Positions 17,432 to 28,723 of a stretch of DNA of 64,000 nucleotides are shown here, in pieces. The DNA is taken from NCBI GenBank assembly GCA_965205485.1, contig OZ242180.1:4480001-4544000 (forward strand), read 5' to 3'. The stretch is from Candidatus Latescibacterota bacterium (GTDB lineage Bacteria; Latescibacterota; UBA2968; GCA-2709665). Both the position numbers and the translations under genes were made by a program. The notes under the pieces are model-generated. The model was not told the origin of the DNA. It saw nothing but the letters and a program-made list of their open reading frames with translations, and did not search any database. Each line of letters opens with the position of its first letter. The stretch's first letter is position 1.

Positions 17432-18990
17432 CGCGCTTCCTCCTTCAGATCCGCCCCGGTTTCGACACCCGGCGAGAGGGAAATCTCCTGCCATGCCGTT
17501 CCAGGCTGCCGCCACCAGACTGACGCTTCAGAGTCGGCGCCGTTGAAGATCCGGACGTTTCCGGCGGACGGACCTGGAGGGACGACCAGCGAGACCACAT
17601 GCTCGTGCAAACCGGGCCCGCCTCCCGGACGGCGGAATTCCACCGCGGGCGCCAGCGCCCCAAGTTGCTCCCTGGCGCCGAGCAACAACGGACCGTAGCA
17701 TCCGGTTACGGCTCCGGCGCCCCAGTTTCTGCCGTGGCCGGCGGCCACGGAGCAGACCGCCCCGCCCATGTCCGCGTGCTCCCTACCGCCCCTCAGAACG
17801 CGCCGCGCCACCTTCAACTTCCGCGCCGCCTGTTTCATTGCCCGCGCTGCGAACGAGTCGTCGCCGGTCATCTGATAGGCCAGCGTCAACGCGGCCGTGC
17901 AGGGCTCGCTCGTTGGCGTGACGCGGTCCATTCCGTCTGACTGCACGCCCCAGTGCAGCATATCGGCCCGCTTCCCGACGCCGGGAAGGATCATCCTCGG
18001 CTTCTCCGGCACCATCAGCACGAGTTCGCCGGCTTCCTCGTCCGGAAGCCGTCCCAGCATTTCCCGGATCCGGCCATCCAGGGTGTCGTCGCCGAAGGCG
18101 CAGCGGTAAAAGGAGACGGCGGCGGCGCCCGGATCGCAATAGGGGTCGTGAAGCATGTCGACGAGCGGCTCGACAATCCGGAATCCCGCGTCGCGAAATA
18201 CCCTCTCGCCGGACAGTCGAAACAGATCCCCGAGCGCGTGGACCGCGCCGGACGCCAGCAGCACCTCCACGCCCCTGGCCGGATCGTCCGGCATATGGTG
18301 GCTTGCGGCGCTCATCCTGCGCTGCGACTCCGTATAATTGCATGCGCTCAGAGGCCGCCCGTCAGGTCCCCACATCACCGGCAACTCCCCGTCCGGCGCC
18401 GCTGCGATCATCTCCGCGCGACGCCGGCCGTACCGCAACGCCCAGTCCAGGTAACGTTCCTGCTTCAGCACACGGTATGCCGCCAGAGCGATGTGGATGA
18501 ACCGGAAGTGCTCCGCCAGTTCCACCGCGTGCTCCGGGTCCCGCCCCACGGTCCGGGTACCGATGTGGTATCCGAAGAATCGGTTCCGGTCCCAGTCGAA
18601 CCACGCCGGGATCCCCTTCTCCCAGTTCCCGATGTGTTCGGCCGCATCCCCGAGCAGTCGCGCCGCCACCCGGTCCTCCGGAAAGAGACCCAGATAGCGC
18701 GGGAGAAAGAGCAGGAACGGCTCGGTGCCGTGATGCGCCTCCGCCTCCGGCTCGTAGCCGTGCAGACATTCACGCCGGACCCACCCCGCAAGCTGATCCC
18801 TGAGAACCTCGAAGTGCGCCGCGACCGCCGGATCGCCCGTCACAAGAAAGTGCGGGAACCAGGCCAGCGCGTAGTTGGCTTCGTCTTCGCCGCCGCCGTG
18901 CCTGCCCGGAGGGTCCATAAGCCGACTCTGCGCCAGCCAGGCGTCCATCTCCTTCCTGAGGGCGGCATAGTGTCTGAAACAGGCCTGCAT
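17428..18990 (-). CDS. Hypothetical protein (possible alpha/alpha-toroid carbohydrate-active fold)
   Basis: Long ORF with ATGA overlap to the AKR gene; helical and aromatic-rich; fold is a guess. Confidence 0.7.
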   Translation of the reverse strand: MQACFRHYAALRKEMDAWLAQSRLMDPPGRHGGGEDEANYALAWFPHFLVTGDPAVAAHFEVLRDQLAGWVRRECLHGYEPEAEAHHGTEPFLLFLPRYLGLFPEDRVAARLLGDAAEHIGNWEKGIPAWFDWDRNRFFGYHIGTRTVGRDPEHAVELAEHFRFIHIALAAYRVLKQERYLDWALRYGRRRAEMIAAAPDGELPVMWGPDGRPLSACNYTESQRRMSAASHHMPDDPARGVEVLLASGAVHALGDLFRLSGERVFRDAGFRIVEPLVDMLHDPYCDPGAAAVSFYRCAFGDDTLDGRIREMLGRLPDEEAGELVLMVPEKPRMILPGVGKRADMLHWGVQSDGMDRVTPTSEPCTAALTLAYQMTGDDSFAARAMKQAARKLKVARRVLRGGREHADMGGAVCSVAAGHGRNWGAGAVTGCYGPLLLGAREQLGALAPAVEFRRPGGGPGLHEHVVSLVVPPGPSAGNVRIFNGADSEASVWWRQPGTAWQEISLSPGVETGADLKEEAR

Positions 18991-19058
18991 ATACGGTCTG
19001 CAAGAGTGACTGGAGGAGGAGCGTCGCCGACCAAACGTAGATCAGGATGCCCGCCTCT

Positions 19059-20426
19059 TCAGGAGATACGTTTGAGTCCCGACTCGAACGCCGACACGAT
19101 TCGATCCGCTTCGTCTCGTGTCAATATCAAAGGGGGCGCCAGGAAGAAGATACTCTCGGGGCCGTGCATCACGTGGCTCATTCGTCCCACGATCACGCCC
19201 TGTTCAAGGATGCCGGCCTGCACCGCCCCGACCCGGGCCGAGTCCAGCATATCTCCGTTCTCCGCCGCAAGTTCGACGGCGATCATCAGCCCCTTGCCCC
19301 GCACTTCACCGATGAACGGAGAGTCCAGGCGTCCCAACCCGTCCAGAAGGTACGCGCCGACTTCCGCGGAATTCTCCCAAAGCCGTTCGGCCGTCAGAAT
19401 GTCCAGATTCGCCAGTGCCGCCGTACAGCAGACCGGATGTCCGCCATAGGTGGACACCGAGGAGAATTCCCGATGCTCACCGGGTTCGCCCATGAAGGTC
19501 TCGAACACCTCCGGCGTCACCGCGCACGCTCCGAGGGGCAGATATCCGCTGGACACGCCCTTCGCCATGGTCATCATGTCCGGAACCACGCCCCAGTGTT
19601 CGGCGGCAAACAGCTTGCCTGTCCGGCCGAATCCCGTGATCACTTCGTCGAGGATCAGAAGCACACCGTATTGGTCGCAGATTTCTCGAAGGCGCGGCAG
19701 GTACCCGTCCGGCGGGACGATCACACCGCCGCCGCCGATAATCGGCTCGGCTATGACCGCCGCAACCGTTGTCGGGTCCTCACGGACAATGGCCTCTTCG
19801 ACCTCGTTCGCACACGCCACACCGCCGTCAGGGTAGGTCACTTTCGACCCGAAGCGAAAAGACCAGGGCGGGTTCACATGCAGAAAACCCGGCATCAGGG
19901 GTTCGAACCCGGCCCTCCTGGCAACCTGTCCCGTCGCGGACATCGCACCGAAGGTAAACCCGTGATAGCCCTGGTATCTGGCGATCACCTTGAACCGGTT
20001 CTGGCCCGGGTACTTCTGCCGGCCGTACTGCCTCGCAATCTTCAGCGCGGTTTCGTTCGCCTCGGATCCGCTGTTGGAGAAGAAGAGATGGTTCAGGTCC
20101 CCCGGGAGCATATCGGCGAGCCGGGATGCAAGCTTCGCGGCGGGCAGATTCACCTGGAGATGGGGATAGTACGAAAGCTGCAGCATCTGTTCGTGCACGG
20201 CATCCGCGATCTCCCGGCGGCCGTATCCGACGTTGACGTTCCAGAGCCCCGCGTATGCATCCAGGTACTCCCGCCCCTCCGCGTCCACGACCGTGGTTCC
20301 CTTTCCCTTGTGGATCACCATCAGATCCCGTTGCTCCAGCGTCCGATGCTGTACCATCGGATGCCACACGTGCGCGCGGTCCTGCGCACGAATCTCCCCG
20401 ATGTCCAGTTGATGTGCGTCCGCCAT
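19059..20426 (-). CDS. Class III (omega) aminotransferase, PLP-dependent
   Basis: GLWNVNVGYGR, SGSEANE, DEVITGFGRTG and MAKGVSSGYLP. Confidence 0.95.
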   Translation of the reverse strand: MADAHQLDIGEIRAQDRAHVWHPMVQHRTLEQRDLMVIHKGKGTTVVDAEGREYLDAYAGLWNVNVGYGRREIADAVHEQMLQLSYYPHLQVNLPAAKLASRLADMLPGDLNHLFFSNSGSEANETALKIARQYGRQKYPGQNRFKVIARYQGYHGFTFGAMSATGQVARRAGFEPLMPGFLHVNPPWSFRFGSKVTYPDGGVACANEVEEAIVREDPTTVAAVIAEPIIGGGGVIVPPDGYLPRLREICDQYGVLLILDEVITGFGRTGKLFAAEHWGVVPDMMTMAKGVSSGYLPLGACAVTPEVFETFMGEPGEHREFSSVSTYGGHPVCCTAALANLDILTAERLWENSAEVGAYLLDGLGRLDSPFIGEVRGKGLMIAVELAAENGDMLDSARVGAVQAGILEQGVIVGRMSHVMHGPESIFFLAPPLILTRDEADRIVSAFESGLKRIS

Positions 20427-20707
20427 AGGCTTCTCCCGTTCCAGCGATCCATTCGACGATATTCGGCTTGACTACCCTGCGCCCCGGATCTACTTTGTAG
20501 CCGGTCGTTAAGGAGCATCATCATACAGCATTCAAGGATTGAAGTCAAGGTCTACGCCGCTCGTACCCGGCTGGATCACACGCTCGTCGGCCCGCCCCCT
20601 TTCGGTTGCATTCCGGGCCCCGGTTGCAGACCGTTTGCCCTTCGCGTACGGGCGGCGGCCGACGTCCCGCGGCCCCGGGCTGATCCGACCGCATCCGCGA
20701 GGTCTCC

Positions 20708-22012
20708 ATGGCCAAACCCGAACACCATACCGTTATCATCGTGGGCGGGGGCCCGGCCGGCCTTCCGCTGGCCGTGGTACTCGGCGGGTGGCACCCGTAT
20801 TACCGCGGCGGCGACCTGTTCCGAAGTCGATACGGACAGGTCGACCGCTACCTTCGCGGCGAAAGCGGCACCCTGATCGGCCTGGATTTCAGAGCCGTGG
20901 CGAACGCCGGCATCCGTCCCGTGGACCTGTTTCGCATTCTGCACCATCCTGGACAGAAGTTCCGGGGCGAGGGCGAAATTGCCCTGGAATTCCGGAAGCG
21001 CGAACCCGTCGACGTCTTGCTGATCACCCGCGAAGAGGTTGGCGGCGTGTGGAACAATGTACCGGAAAACATGCTCACGCTGTCACCGGGCCAATGGATG
21101 GAATTCGCCTTCTATCCGCTCGACCGTCACTTCAGTGAACGACAGATGCATCTGGATGTCAACGCCCTGATTTCGAAACCTCACCTCCTGGACTATTATC
21201 ACGCCGTACCGGGCCGCTTCGAGGTCGAAGATCATATACGCACACACGAACGCGTGACCCGCATCCAGCCCCACGACGCCGGATTTCTGCTCACCACCCG
21301 CGTCGCCGGCTCGGAAACCACCCGCCGCTACACGTGCAGGTACCTCGTCTACGCGGTGGGGCAGCGGTGCATTCCCCGGAAACTCAACGTGCCCGGCGAA
21401 CACCTGCCGTTCGTCACTTCAGGCTACGATCAACCGGGGAGCTATCCCGGCGAACGCATCCTCGTCGTGGGCGGCGGCCGGTCCGCAGACTGGGCGGCAA
21501 CCGAACTGCACGACGCGGGCAGGCACGTCCACTACGTCATGCGCCAGCCCTTCGATCGTCACTGGCGCCTGATATCGGACAGCCGATACGGCCTCCCCTA
21601 CTACGCGCGGATCGCCGAAATCATGGAGAGCCGGTCCCCGCGCCTGAATACACGTTACGAAACCCGGGTCCACGGTTTCGAGCAGCACGTATCCGGAGGC
21701 ATTGTCACCCTTGGCCGCAACGGCGGCCGTGAAACGCTGGAAGTCGATCACGCCCTCCTCGAAATCGGCGGCATCGCGGACTACTCCCTTTTCGAGGGGT
21801 TTCCACCGCTTCGTGTGGTGGAAAAACACGACAATTACCGGTTCCAGGTCCATCAGTTGCCCACGCATCCGCACAACTATGAATGCACCTCGATCCCGAA
21901 CATGTATCCCGGCGGATACCTGGCGGAGGGCCTGGGTCTGGTCGTCATCGGCATGCACGGCACAACCTACGCGATCGCGGGAGACATTCTTCAAAAGGAA
22001 GGACTGTTGTAG
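20708..22012 (+). CDS. FAD/NAD(P)-dependent oxidoreductase resembling eukaryotic OSGIN1/2
   Basis: Two Rossmann motifs (GGGPAG, GGGRSA); GWHPYY, GGVW..LSPGQWME and PGEHLPFV match recalled OSGIN blocks. Confidence 0.8.
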   Translation: MAKPEHHTVIIVGGGPAGLPLAVVLGGWHPYYRGGDLFRSRYGQVDRYLRGESGTLIGLDFRAVANAGIRPVDLFRILHHPGQKFRGEGEIALEFRKREPVDVLLITREEVGGVWNNVPENMLTLSPGQWMEFAFYPLDRHFSERQMHLDVNALISKPHLLDYYHAVPGRFEVEDHIRTHERVTRIQPHDAGFLLTTRVAGSETTRRYTCRYLVYAVGQRCIPRKLNVPGEHLPFVTSGYDQPGSYPGERILVVGGGRSADWAATELHDAGRHVHYVMRQPFDRHWRLISDSRYGLPYYARIAEIMESRSPRLNTRYETRVHGFEQHVSGGIVTLGRNGGRETLEVDHALLEIGGIADYSLFEGFPPLRVVEKHDNYRFQVHQLPTHPHNYECTSIPNMYPGGYLAEGLGLVVIGMHGTTYAIAGDILQKEGLL

Positions 22013-22164
22013 AAGCCGCATTTACTTCGACACGCCCGTGCGGGCATCAGTACGGTTTCATCAGCCGGCCACCCCCGAAAATGTCCTTGGACATTTCACC
22101 GGACGGGCTTTATTAAAGAAGCCCTGGACGTCCATAACCATCTCCAATCACCCGGAGTCGATCC

Positions 22165-23364
22165 TTGCCCGTCACCATTCGCGACGTCAGAACCATCCTC
22201 ACCCAGCCTGCCGGATCACGCCTCATCGTGGTCAAAATCCTCACGTCCCAACCCGGTCTCTACGGTCTCGGCTGCGCCACGTTCACCCAGCGGTTTCACG
22301 CCGTCCATACCGCCCTCGAAAAACACCTGAAACCCTTTCTCATCGGACGCGACGTCGACCGAATCGAAGAAATCTGGCAGACGTCCATGGTCAACGGCTA
22401 CTGGCGCAACGGCCCCGTACTCAACAATGCGATTTCCGGGGTCGATATCGCACTGTGGGATATCAAGGGCAAGCGCGCCGGGATGCCCGTCTACCAGCTT
22501 CTGGGCGGCAAATGCCGCGAAGCCGCAGCCTGCTACGCGCACGCCGACGGTGGAGACAGAAACGAAGTCCTGGACAACGTCCTGAAATTCCATGAGCAGG
22601 GCTATCAGCACATCCGCGTGCAGATGGGCGGGTACGGAGGACGGACGTCACGCCTGCGCTCACCTGAAGGGGCGCAGGAAGGGGCGTATTACGACCCGCG
22701 GGAATATGCACGCGGGGTCCTCGACATGATCGAGCACGTCCGTTCAAACACGGACGCGCACGTGGAACTCCTCCACGACATTCACGAGCGTCTCGTACCG
22801 ATAGACGCGGTACAGTTCGCAAGAGACGCGGAGCCCTTCAAGTTGTTCTTCCTCGAGGACCCGCTCGCCCCGGAAGACCTGGAGTGGTTCCGCAACATCC
22901 GGCTGCAATGCGCCACGCCGATCGCCATGGGGGAACTTTTCAATCATCCGCGGGAGTGGACGCCGCTCATCCAGGACCGGCTGATCGACTTCATCCGAAT
23001 GCACATCAGCCAGATGGGCGGCCTGACGCCGGCCCGCAACGTGGCGGCATTCGCCGGCATGTACGGCATCCGCACCGCCTGGCACGGGCCGGGTGACGTT
23101 TCTCCGGTCGGGCACGCCGCCAATCTGCACCTGGACCTCTGGGCGCCCAACTTCGGAATCCAGGAGTGGTGCCGGTTTGACGAACGCGTGTGCGAAATCT
23201 TCCCCGGCACGCCCGAAGTCAAAGGCGGTTACATGTATCCCAACAGCCGGCCAGGCCTCGGAATCGACGTCGACGAGGACCTCGCCTCGAAGTATCCCTG
23301 TCAGGATGAAATCATCGACTGGACGCAGGCCCGCCTGCCGGACGGCTCTCCCGCCAGGCCTTGA
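22165..23364 (+). CDS. Enolase-superfamily acid-sugar dehydratase (RspA/ManD-like)
   Basis: YWRNGPV..AISGVDIALWDIKGK, LHDIHER, FLEDP, MGELF and WHGPGDVSP. Confidence 0.92.
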   Translation: MPVTIRDVRTILTQPAGSRLIVVKILTSQPGLYGLGCATFTQRFHAVHTALEKHLKPFLIGRDVDRIEEIWQTSMVNGYWRNGPVLNNAISGVDIALWDIKGKRAGMPVYQLLGGKCREAAACYAHADGGDRNEVLDNVLKFHEQGYQHIRVQMGGYGGRTSRLRSPEGAQEGAYYDPREYARGVLDMIEHVRSNTDAHVELLHDIHERLVPIDAVQFARDAEPFKLFFLEDPLAPEDLEWFRNIRLQCATPIAMGELFNHPREWTPLIQDRLIDFIRMHISQMGGLTPARNVAAFAGMYGIRTAWHGPGDVSPVGHAANLHLDLWAPNFGIQEWCRFDERVCEIFPGTPEVKGGYMYPNSRPGLGIDVDEDLASKYPCQDEIIDWTQARLPDGSPARP

Positions 23365-23397
23365 CCGCAGGCATGAACCCAACCAAGGAGGCACAAC

Positions 23398-24267
23398 ATG
23401 ATCAACATCGGCATCGTCGGTGCGGAAAACAGCCACACCGTCGCCATTTCGAAGACGCTGAACATCGACAAAAAAGTACCGGGCTGCCGCGTCACCCACG
23501 TGTGGGGCGAAGCCGCCGGGTACGCCAGAGACGCCCAGGACCGGGGACAGATTCCGAATATCGTCGAGCAGCCCGAAGAGATGATCGGCCAGGTCGACGC
23601 CGCGTGCGTGGACCATCGCGACGCGAAATATCACCTGCCCGCGGTCTGGCCGCTGATCGAAGCCGGAATTCCGGTATTCGTGGACAAGCCGTTCTGTTAT
23701 CGGGTCGAGGAGGGCAGGCGTTTTCTGGACCGCGCATCGGAACTCGGGATCCCCGTCTGCTCCTTCTCGGTATTACCCAGACAGGCGTCTTTCAACCGGC
23801 TCAAGAACGATATCGCCGATATGGGGCGGGTTGTCTCGGTGGTCACAACCGGGCCCTGCGACATCGAATCCGAGTGGGGCGGCGTCTTCTTCTATGGCAT
23901 CCACCAGGTGGACATGGCCGTGCGACTGCTCGACAACGACGTGACCCACGCGCAGGTCAATCTGGGCGGGAGAAACCATACCGGTACGCTGTACTCGTCG
24001 AGCGGCGACGTTTCCACGCTCAATCTGTTCACCGAGGGACACAGCGCCTTCCATGTCTCGGTCATCTGCGAAAAGGGGCGGGTCGACCGCACCATCGGCT
24101 ACGACGAGAATCCATATCTGGGCGGCGCAAGGGCCTTCTGCGACATGTTCAAGACAGGCAACACCGATGAAACCCGCGAGTCCATGCTCATGCCGGTTGC
24201 CGTGCTGGAAGCGCTTGAAAAATCCATCAACCAGAAAGAGAAGATCGAGGTCCCGTCCATCGGATAG
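23398..24267 (+). CDS. Gfo/Idh/MocA-like oxidoreductase
   Basis: IGIVGAENSH, FVDKP and FYGIH. Confidence 0.85.
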   Translation: MINIGIVGAENSHTVAISKTLNIDKKVPGCRVTHVWGEAAGYARDAQDRGQIPNIVEQPEEMIGQVDAACVDHRDAKYHLPAVWPLIEAGIPVFVDKPFCYRVEEGRRFLDRASELGIPVCSFSVLPRQASFNRLKNDIADMGRVVSVVTTGPCDIESEWGGVFFYGIHQVDMAVRLLDNDVTHAQVNLGGRNHTGTLYSSSGDVSTLNLFTEGHSAFHVSVICEKGRVDRTIGYDENPYLGGARAFCDMFKTGNTDETRESMLMPVAVLEALEKSINQKEKIEVPSIG

Positions 24268-24354
24268 CGCCAAATCGATCCGGCCCGGCACGAGTTGCTC
24301 GTCACCGTGCGAGACAGGCGCGCGATCCGGCCGATTGGGACTTCCATGCAGGTT

Positions 24355-25398
24355 TCAGTTGCCGATGGCCTCCCTCAGCACCCTGAGGTGGTTCCCGCCG
24401 AGAACCTTGCGGACATCGTCTTCTGAATAACCCCTGGCCAGCAATCCGTCGGAAATCCTCGGAAACGAGGTCGCGTCGTCCAGCAGCGTTCCCCCGCCGT
24501 CGAAGTCCGATCCGATGCCCGCGTGGTCCGTGCCTGCAAGCTGCACGATGTGATCGACGTGGTCGAGAAGACGGGCGAACGTGGGCGTCGACTTATCGAC
24601 AAAACGGGGCACGAACGTTACGCCGATGGACCCGCCATTCTTCGCCACTGCCCTGATCTGCTCGTTGCTCAGGTTTCTCGGGTGGTCGCAGAGCGCCTTG
24701 CAGTTGCTGTGCGAAGCGATCACCGGTTTTTGCGATACCTCCATCACGTCCCAGAATCCTGTTTCGCTGATGTGAGAGACGTCCACCAGCATCCCCAGGT
24801 CGTTCATCTCCTCCACAAGCCGCACGCCGAAACGCGTGAGTCCGCCCCGGCTGCGCGCCTCGGCATTGCCGTCCGCGGCCAGGCTGCTCACATCGTGCGT
24901 CAGTCCGATTGAACGCACGCCCACCCGGTGCAGCATGCGAAGCACGTTTATGCTGCCCTCCACCCCGTCGCTGTTCTCGATCGCCAGAATCACAGCCAGC
25001 TTGCCGTCCTGTTTTGCGCGTACGATATCGCCCGCGGTCTTCGCCAACACAACGTCGCCCTCGTGCGCCGCCAGTTCGGAGTCGAAGAACCCCAATGCAT
25101 CCAACCCATAGGTCAGATGGTTCTTCACGGCAAGCGTGACGTCGACGGCGAAGAAGGCGGCGTCCAGGCCACCCGTCCGCATCTTCGGAAAATCGATCTG
25201 TACCGGGGACTCGAGCACCGACCGGTCCAGAAGCCCTCTCAATCGGGCCACACTGGCATTTCTGCGATCCCCGTCGGGTGGGGGACCCCCGGAAAATCCC
25301 AGGTTCCCACGACGAATGTGGTTGACGATCGCATCGTTGTGCGAATCGATCACCAGGGCGTCCCGATGAAAGTGTGCAGCGTCGTTCCGTTCGGTCAT
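24355..25398 (-). CDS. Membrane dipeptidase (M19) family protein
   Basis: IDSHND, VDVSH, ASHSN..HPRN and GIGSDFDG. Confidence 0.92.
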   Translation of the reverse strand: MTERNDAAHFHRDALVIDSHNDAIVNHIRRGNLGFSGGPPPDGDRRNASVARLRGLLDRSVLESPVQIDFPKMRTGGLDAAFFAVDVTLAVKNHLTYGLDALGFFDSELAAHEGDVVLAKTAGDIVRAKQDGKLAVILAIENSDGVEGSINVLRMLHRVGVRSIGLTHDVSSLAADGNAEARSRGGLTRFGVRLVEEMNDLGMLVDVSHISETGFWDVMEVSQKPVIASHSNCKALCDHPRNLSNEQIRAVAKNGGSIGVTFVPRFVDKSTPTFARLLDHVDHIVQLAGTDHAGIGSDFDGGGTLLDDATSFPRISDGLLARGYSEDDVRKVLGGNHLRVLREAIGN

Positions 25399-26708
25399 AA
25401 CGATCTCCCCGTCAAGGCTTTAGGTGATCATCGAGCGCGAAATGCTATTTCGCGCTACGCCACGGCCATCAGAAATAATAGCTCATGGACACGAAACCCA
25501 GCGTCGGAAACGGTCCGAATTCCGACCGCACATCCAGGGAAGCCGGGAAAGGAGACGCGCCGGAGCTCCTGCCAAGCCCGAAAAGCACGCCACCGGACAC
25601 GGACCCGTTCTGAAAGCACCCGTACTCAAACGAGGGCGAGAGGAACGCTGACCGGTCCGAAAGGTTCCACAGAACCGGCAGATGGACCGACCAGAGCGGT
25701 GTAAGTTGCCACGCCAGACCTGGCGCCACGTAGTGCCTCCCCAGCAGGAAGACGCCCCCGGCGGTATAGGTCCGGTCATCAAGTAGCTTGTAATAGTCGC
25801 CTGTGCGGGAAACTCCGGCGCCGTTCAGGTGATACTCAAGGGTTCCGTAGATTCCGTTCGGGAATCGATGATCGAGACCTGTCGAAATACGCAGAAACGA
25901 CCGGCCGTCCGGTCTTCTGGTCCACGCCGCCTCCAGCCAGGCCCCCGCGTCCCCCAGAGATCCCGCGAGATCCATGCCCAGGAGCAGATGGTCCCGGTAC
26001 CCCATGGCCGTCAGATAGACGTCTACGCCGCGCGAAATGAAACCGCCGCGAACAAAGCCCGCCCCGCTCCGTGTCGAAACATCCCGCCCCGGAACCACGC
26101 CGGCGTCCAGCTCGCCCATCATTCCAACCGGCACCCGCAACCTGATGGCATCCACCCCGACGCGTTCGTCCTTGTCCAGCACTTCCGGAGAATAGGGCGC
26201 GACGACGTCGGTCGGGTTCACCGCTCGCGCCGAACCGAAAGCGACGACCTGCCGGCCAACGTGGAGTTCCGCGCGCGGCAGCGAAACCGTCACCACCGCA
26301 CGGTCCAGATTCTGGGTGACGGTGAATCCGCGGTCCGCGGCGTCATTGCGGGGATACAGTCTGGTCCCGAGATCCCGCACCCGGTAGTCGAACAGCGAAG
26401 GCGCCGCCGCCCACGCCGCTCCGGAGGAAGTCGAACCCGTCGCTCGTGCAGATAATTCGTACGCGAACTCGCCGGAAACGACGTATGACGGACGCCAGAA
26501 CAGCTTTGTGCGAACACGGTTCAACCAGATCCGCCGGGATTCCGGGTTCCGGATTTCGGGGACGGATACCGGCTGTTGTAACAGGGCAAAGGACTTCGCG
26601 TATCCGTTCAGCCTGAACCGGCCTTCCTCCGTCGACCCCCTCGTTGAAATCAAAACCAAAAGAACCGGAAAACACAGAAACAACCCGTGCGCTGGCGGGC
26701 GTGAACAA

Positions 26709-27413
<705 letters not shown>

Positions 27414-27441
27414 GCAACACTCCCGTTCCAGCGGTTCGCGT

Positions 27442-28683
27442 TCATTCGTACGTCTTCATCGCCTGCGCGGGTTTCAGCCGTGCGGCGTAGACGGCAGGAT
27501 AGATCCCGGCGACGAGTGTAAAGAGGAATACACACATCGGAAACAGGACGAACTGCTCCAGCCGAAGCACCGGATAAATCATCTCCTTCAGGGTCACGCC
27601 CGCGAACTCGATGCCCGTGTAGTCGATTCCCTGAACGGAGTACAGGAGAGTCACAACGAATCCGATACAGCATCCGATCAGGATGCTGTACATCGAGAGC
27701 GTGCCCGCTTCGAACAGGATCATCATCGCCATGCGACCCGGTCGCGTGCCCACGGCCCGGAGCACCCCGTACTCGAACATCCGTTCGTGCAGCGACATGA
27801 ACAGGGTGTTGACAATGCCCAGTGAAACCACCGCAAACAGGATGATGCCTACAATCAGCGACGAGAACCCGGACATATCCAGAACCGCGCTGAGCTGGGG
27901 CATCAGTTCCCGCCAGCCTCTGGCTTCGTTTCCGTCCCGCGAGAATCGCGACCGGAAGCCGGCGTCCGCCGATTCGTTTCCCGATAACGACTTGAAGTGG
28001 ATGGCGATCTCGTGCACCTCGCCCGGAAGTCCCAGCAGGCGCTGCACGGCCTCGATATGCGCGAAACCCACCCTGCCGTCCAGTTCGCGGACATCAAAGT
28101 GGAATATCCCCCCCACGCGGAACATCTCCTGGGCCAATTCGCCGGATTGCGCCTCAGCCGCGGTCACCACAACCCGGTCGCCCACGCCAATCTCCAGCGC
28201 TTCCGCCAGTTTCGACCCCAGCAGGATCTTGCGCCGGTCGTTCCGCTCGAGGAACGACCCTTCTAAGATGGCCTCGTCAACCCTGGAGAACGGCCTTTCA
28301 AGGCCAGGGTCGACCCCGTAGAGCAGCACGGTGCCGGACGTGGCGGGCGAAGCCAGCATCCCGGGCGTCTGCACCCGCAGTGAAAAACGTTCCACTTCCG
28401 GATCGGCCCTCAGGCGTTCCAGGACGCCGGGCAGCCCATTCACGACGCGCGCCACGTCGCGGGTGCTTCTGAATCCCTCCGCGTGTACCTGGCCGTGCCC
28501 CATGAAGGTGTCCGTCGCAATTCGTACAATGGAGTCGGACATCCCGATCATCAGGCCGTCGGTGAAGATCAACGCCGCCAACCCGATTCCGATCGCGAGG
28601 CCGGCAAGCATCGTCCGTCGCGCATTTCGAAAGGAATTCATCCAGGCCATTTTAATCAGAAACGGCATGAAGGGTACTTTCAC
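27442..28683 (-). CDS. FtsX/LolC-E-like ABC permease
   Basis: RNARRT, NTLFMSLHERMFEYGVLRAVG and YPAVYAARL. Confidence 0.9.
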   Translation of the reverse strand: MKVPFMPFLIKMAWMNSFRNARRTMLAGLAIGIGLAALIFTDGLMIGMSDSIVRIATDTFMGHGQVHAEGFRSTRDVARVVNGLPGVLERLRADPEVERFSLRVQTPGMLASPATSGTVLLYGVDPGLERPFSRVDEAILEGSFLERNDRRKILLGSKLAEALEIGVGDRVVVTAAEAQSGELAQEMFRVGGIFHFDVRELDGRVGFAHIEAVQRLLGLPGEVHEIAIHFKSLSGNESADAGFRSRFSRDGNEARGWRELMPQLSAVLDMSGFSSLIVGIILFAVVSLGIVNTLFMSLHERMFEYGVLRAVGTRPGRMAMMILFEAGTLSMYSILIGCCIGFVVTLLYSVQGIDYTGIEFAGVTLKEMIYPVLRLEQFVLFPMCVFLFTLVAGIYPAVYAARLKPAQAMKTYE

Positions 28684-28723
28684 CGGGCCACCCGGATTGC
28701 GTGCGGACGCGTACAGTATCTCC

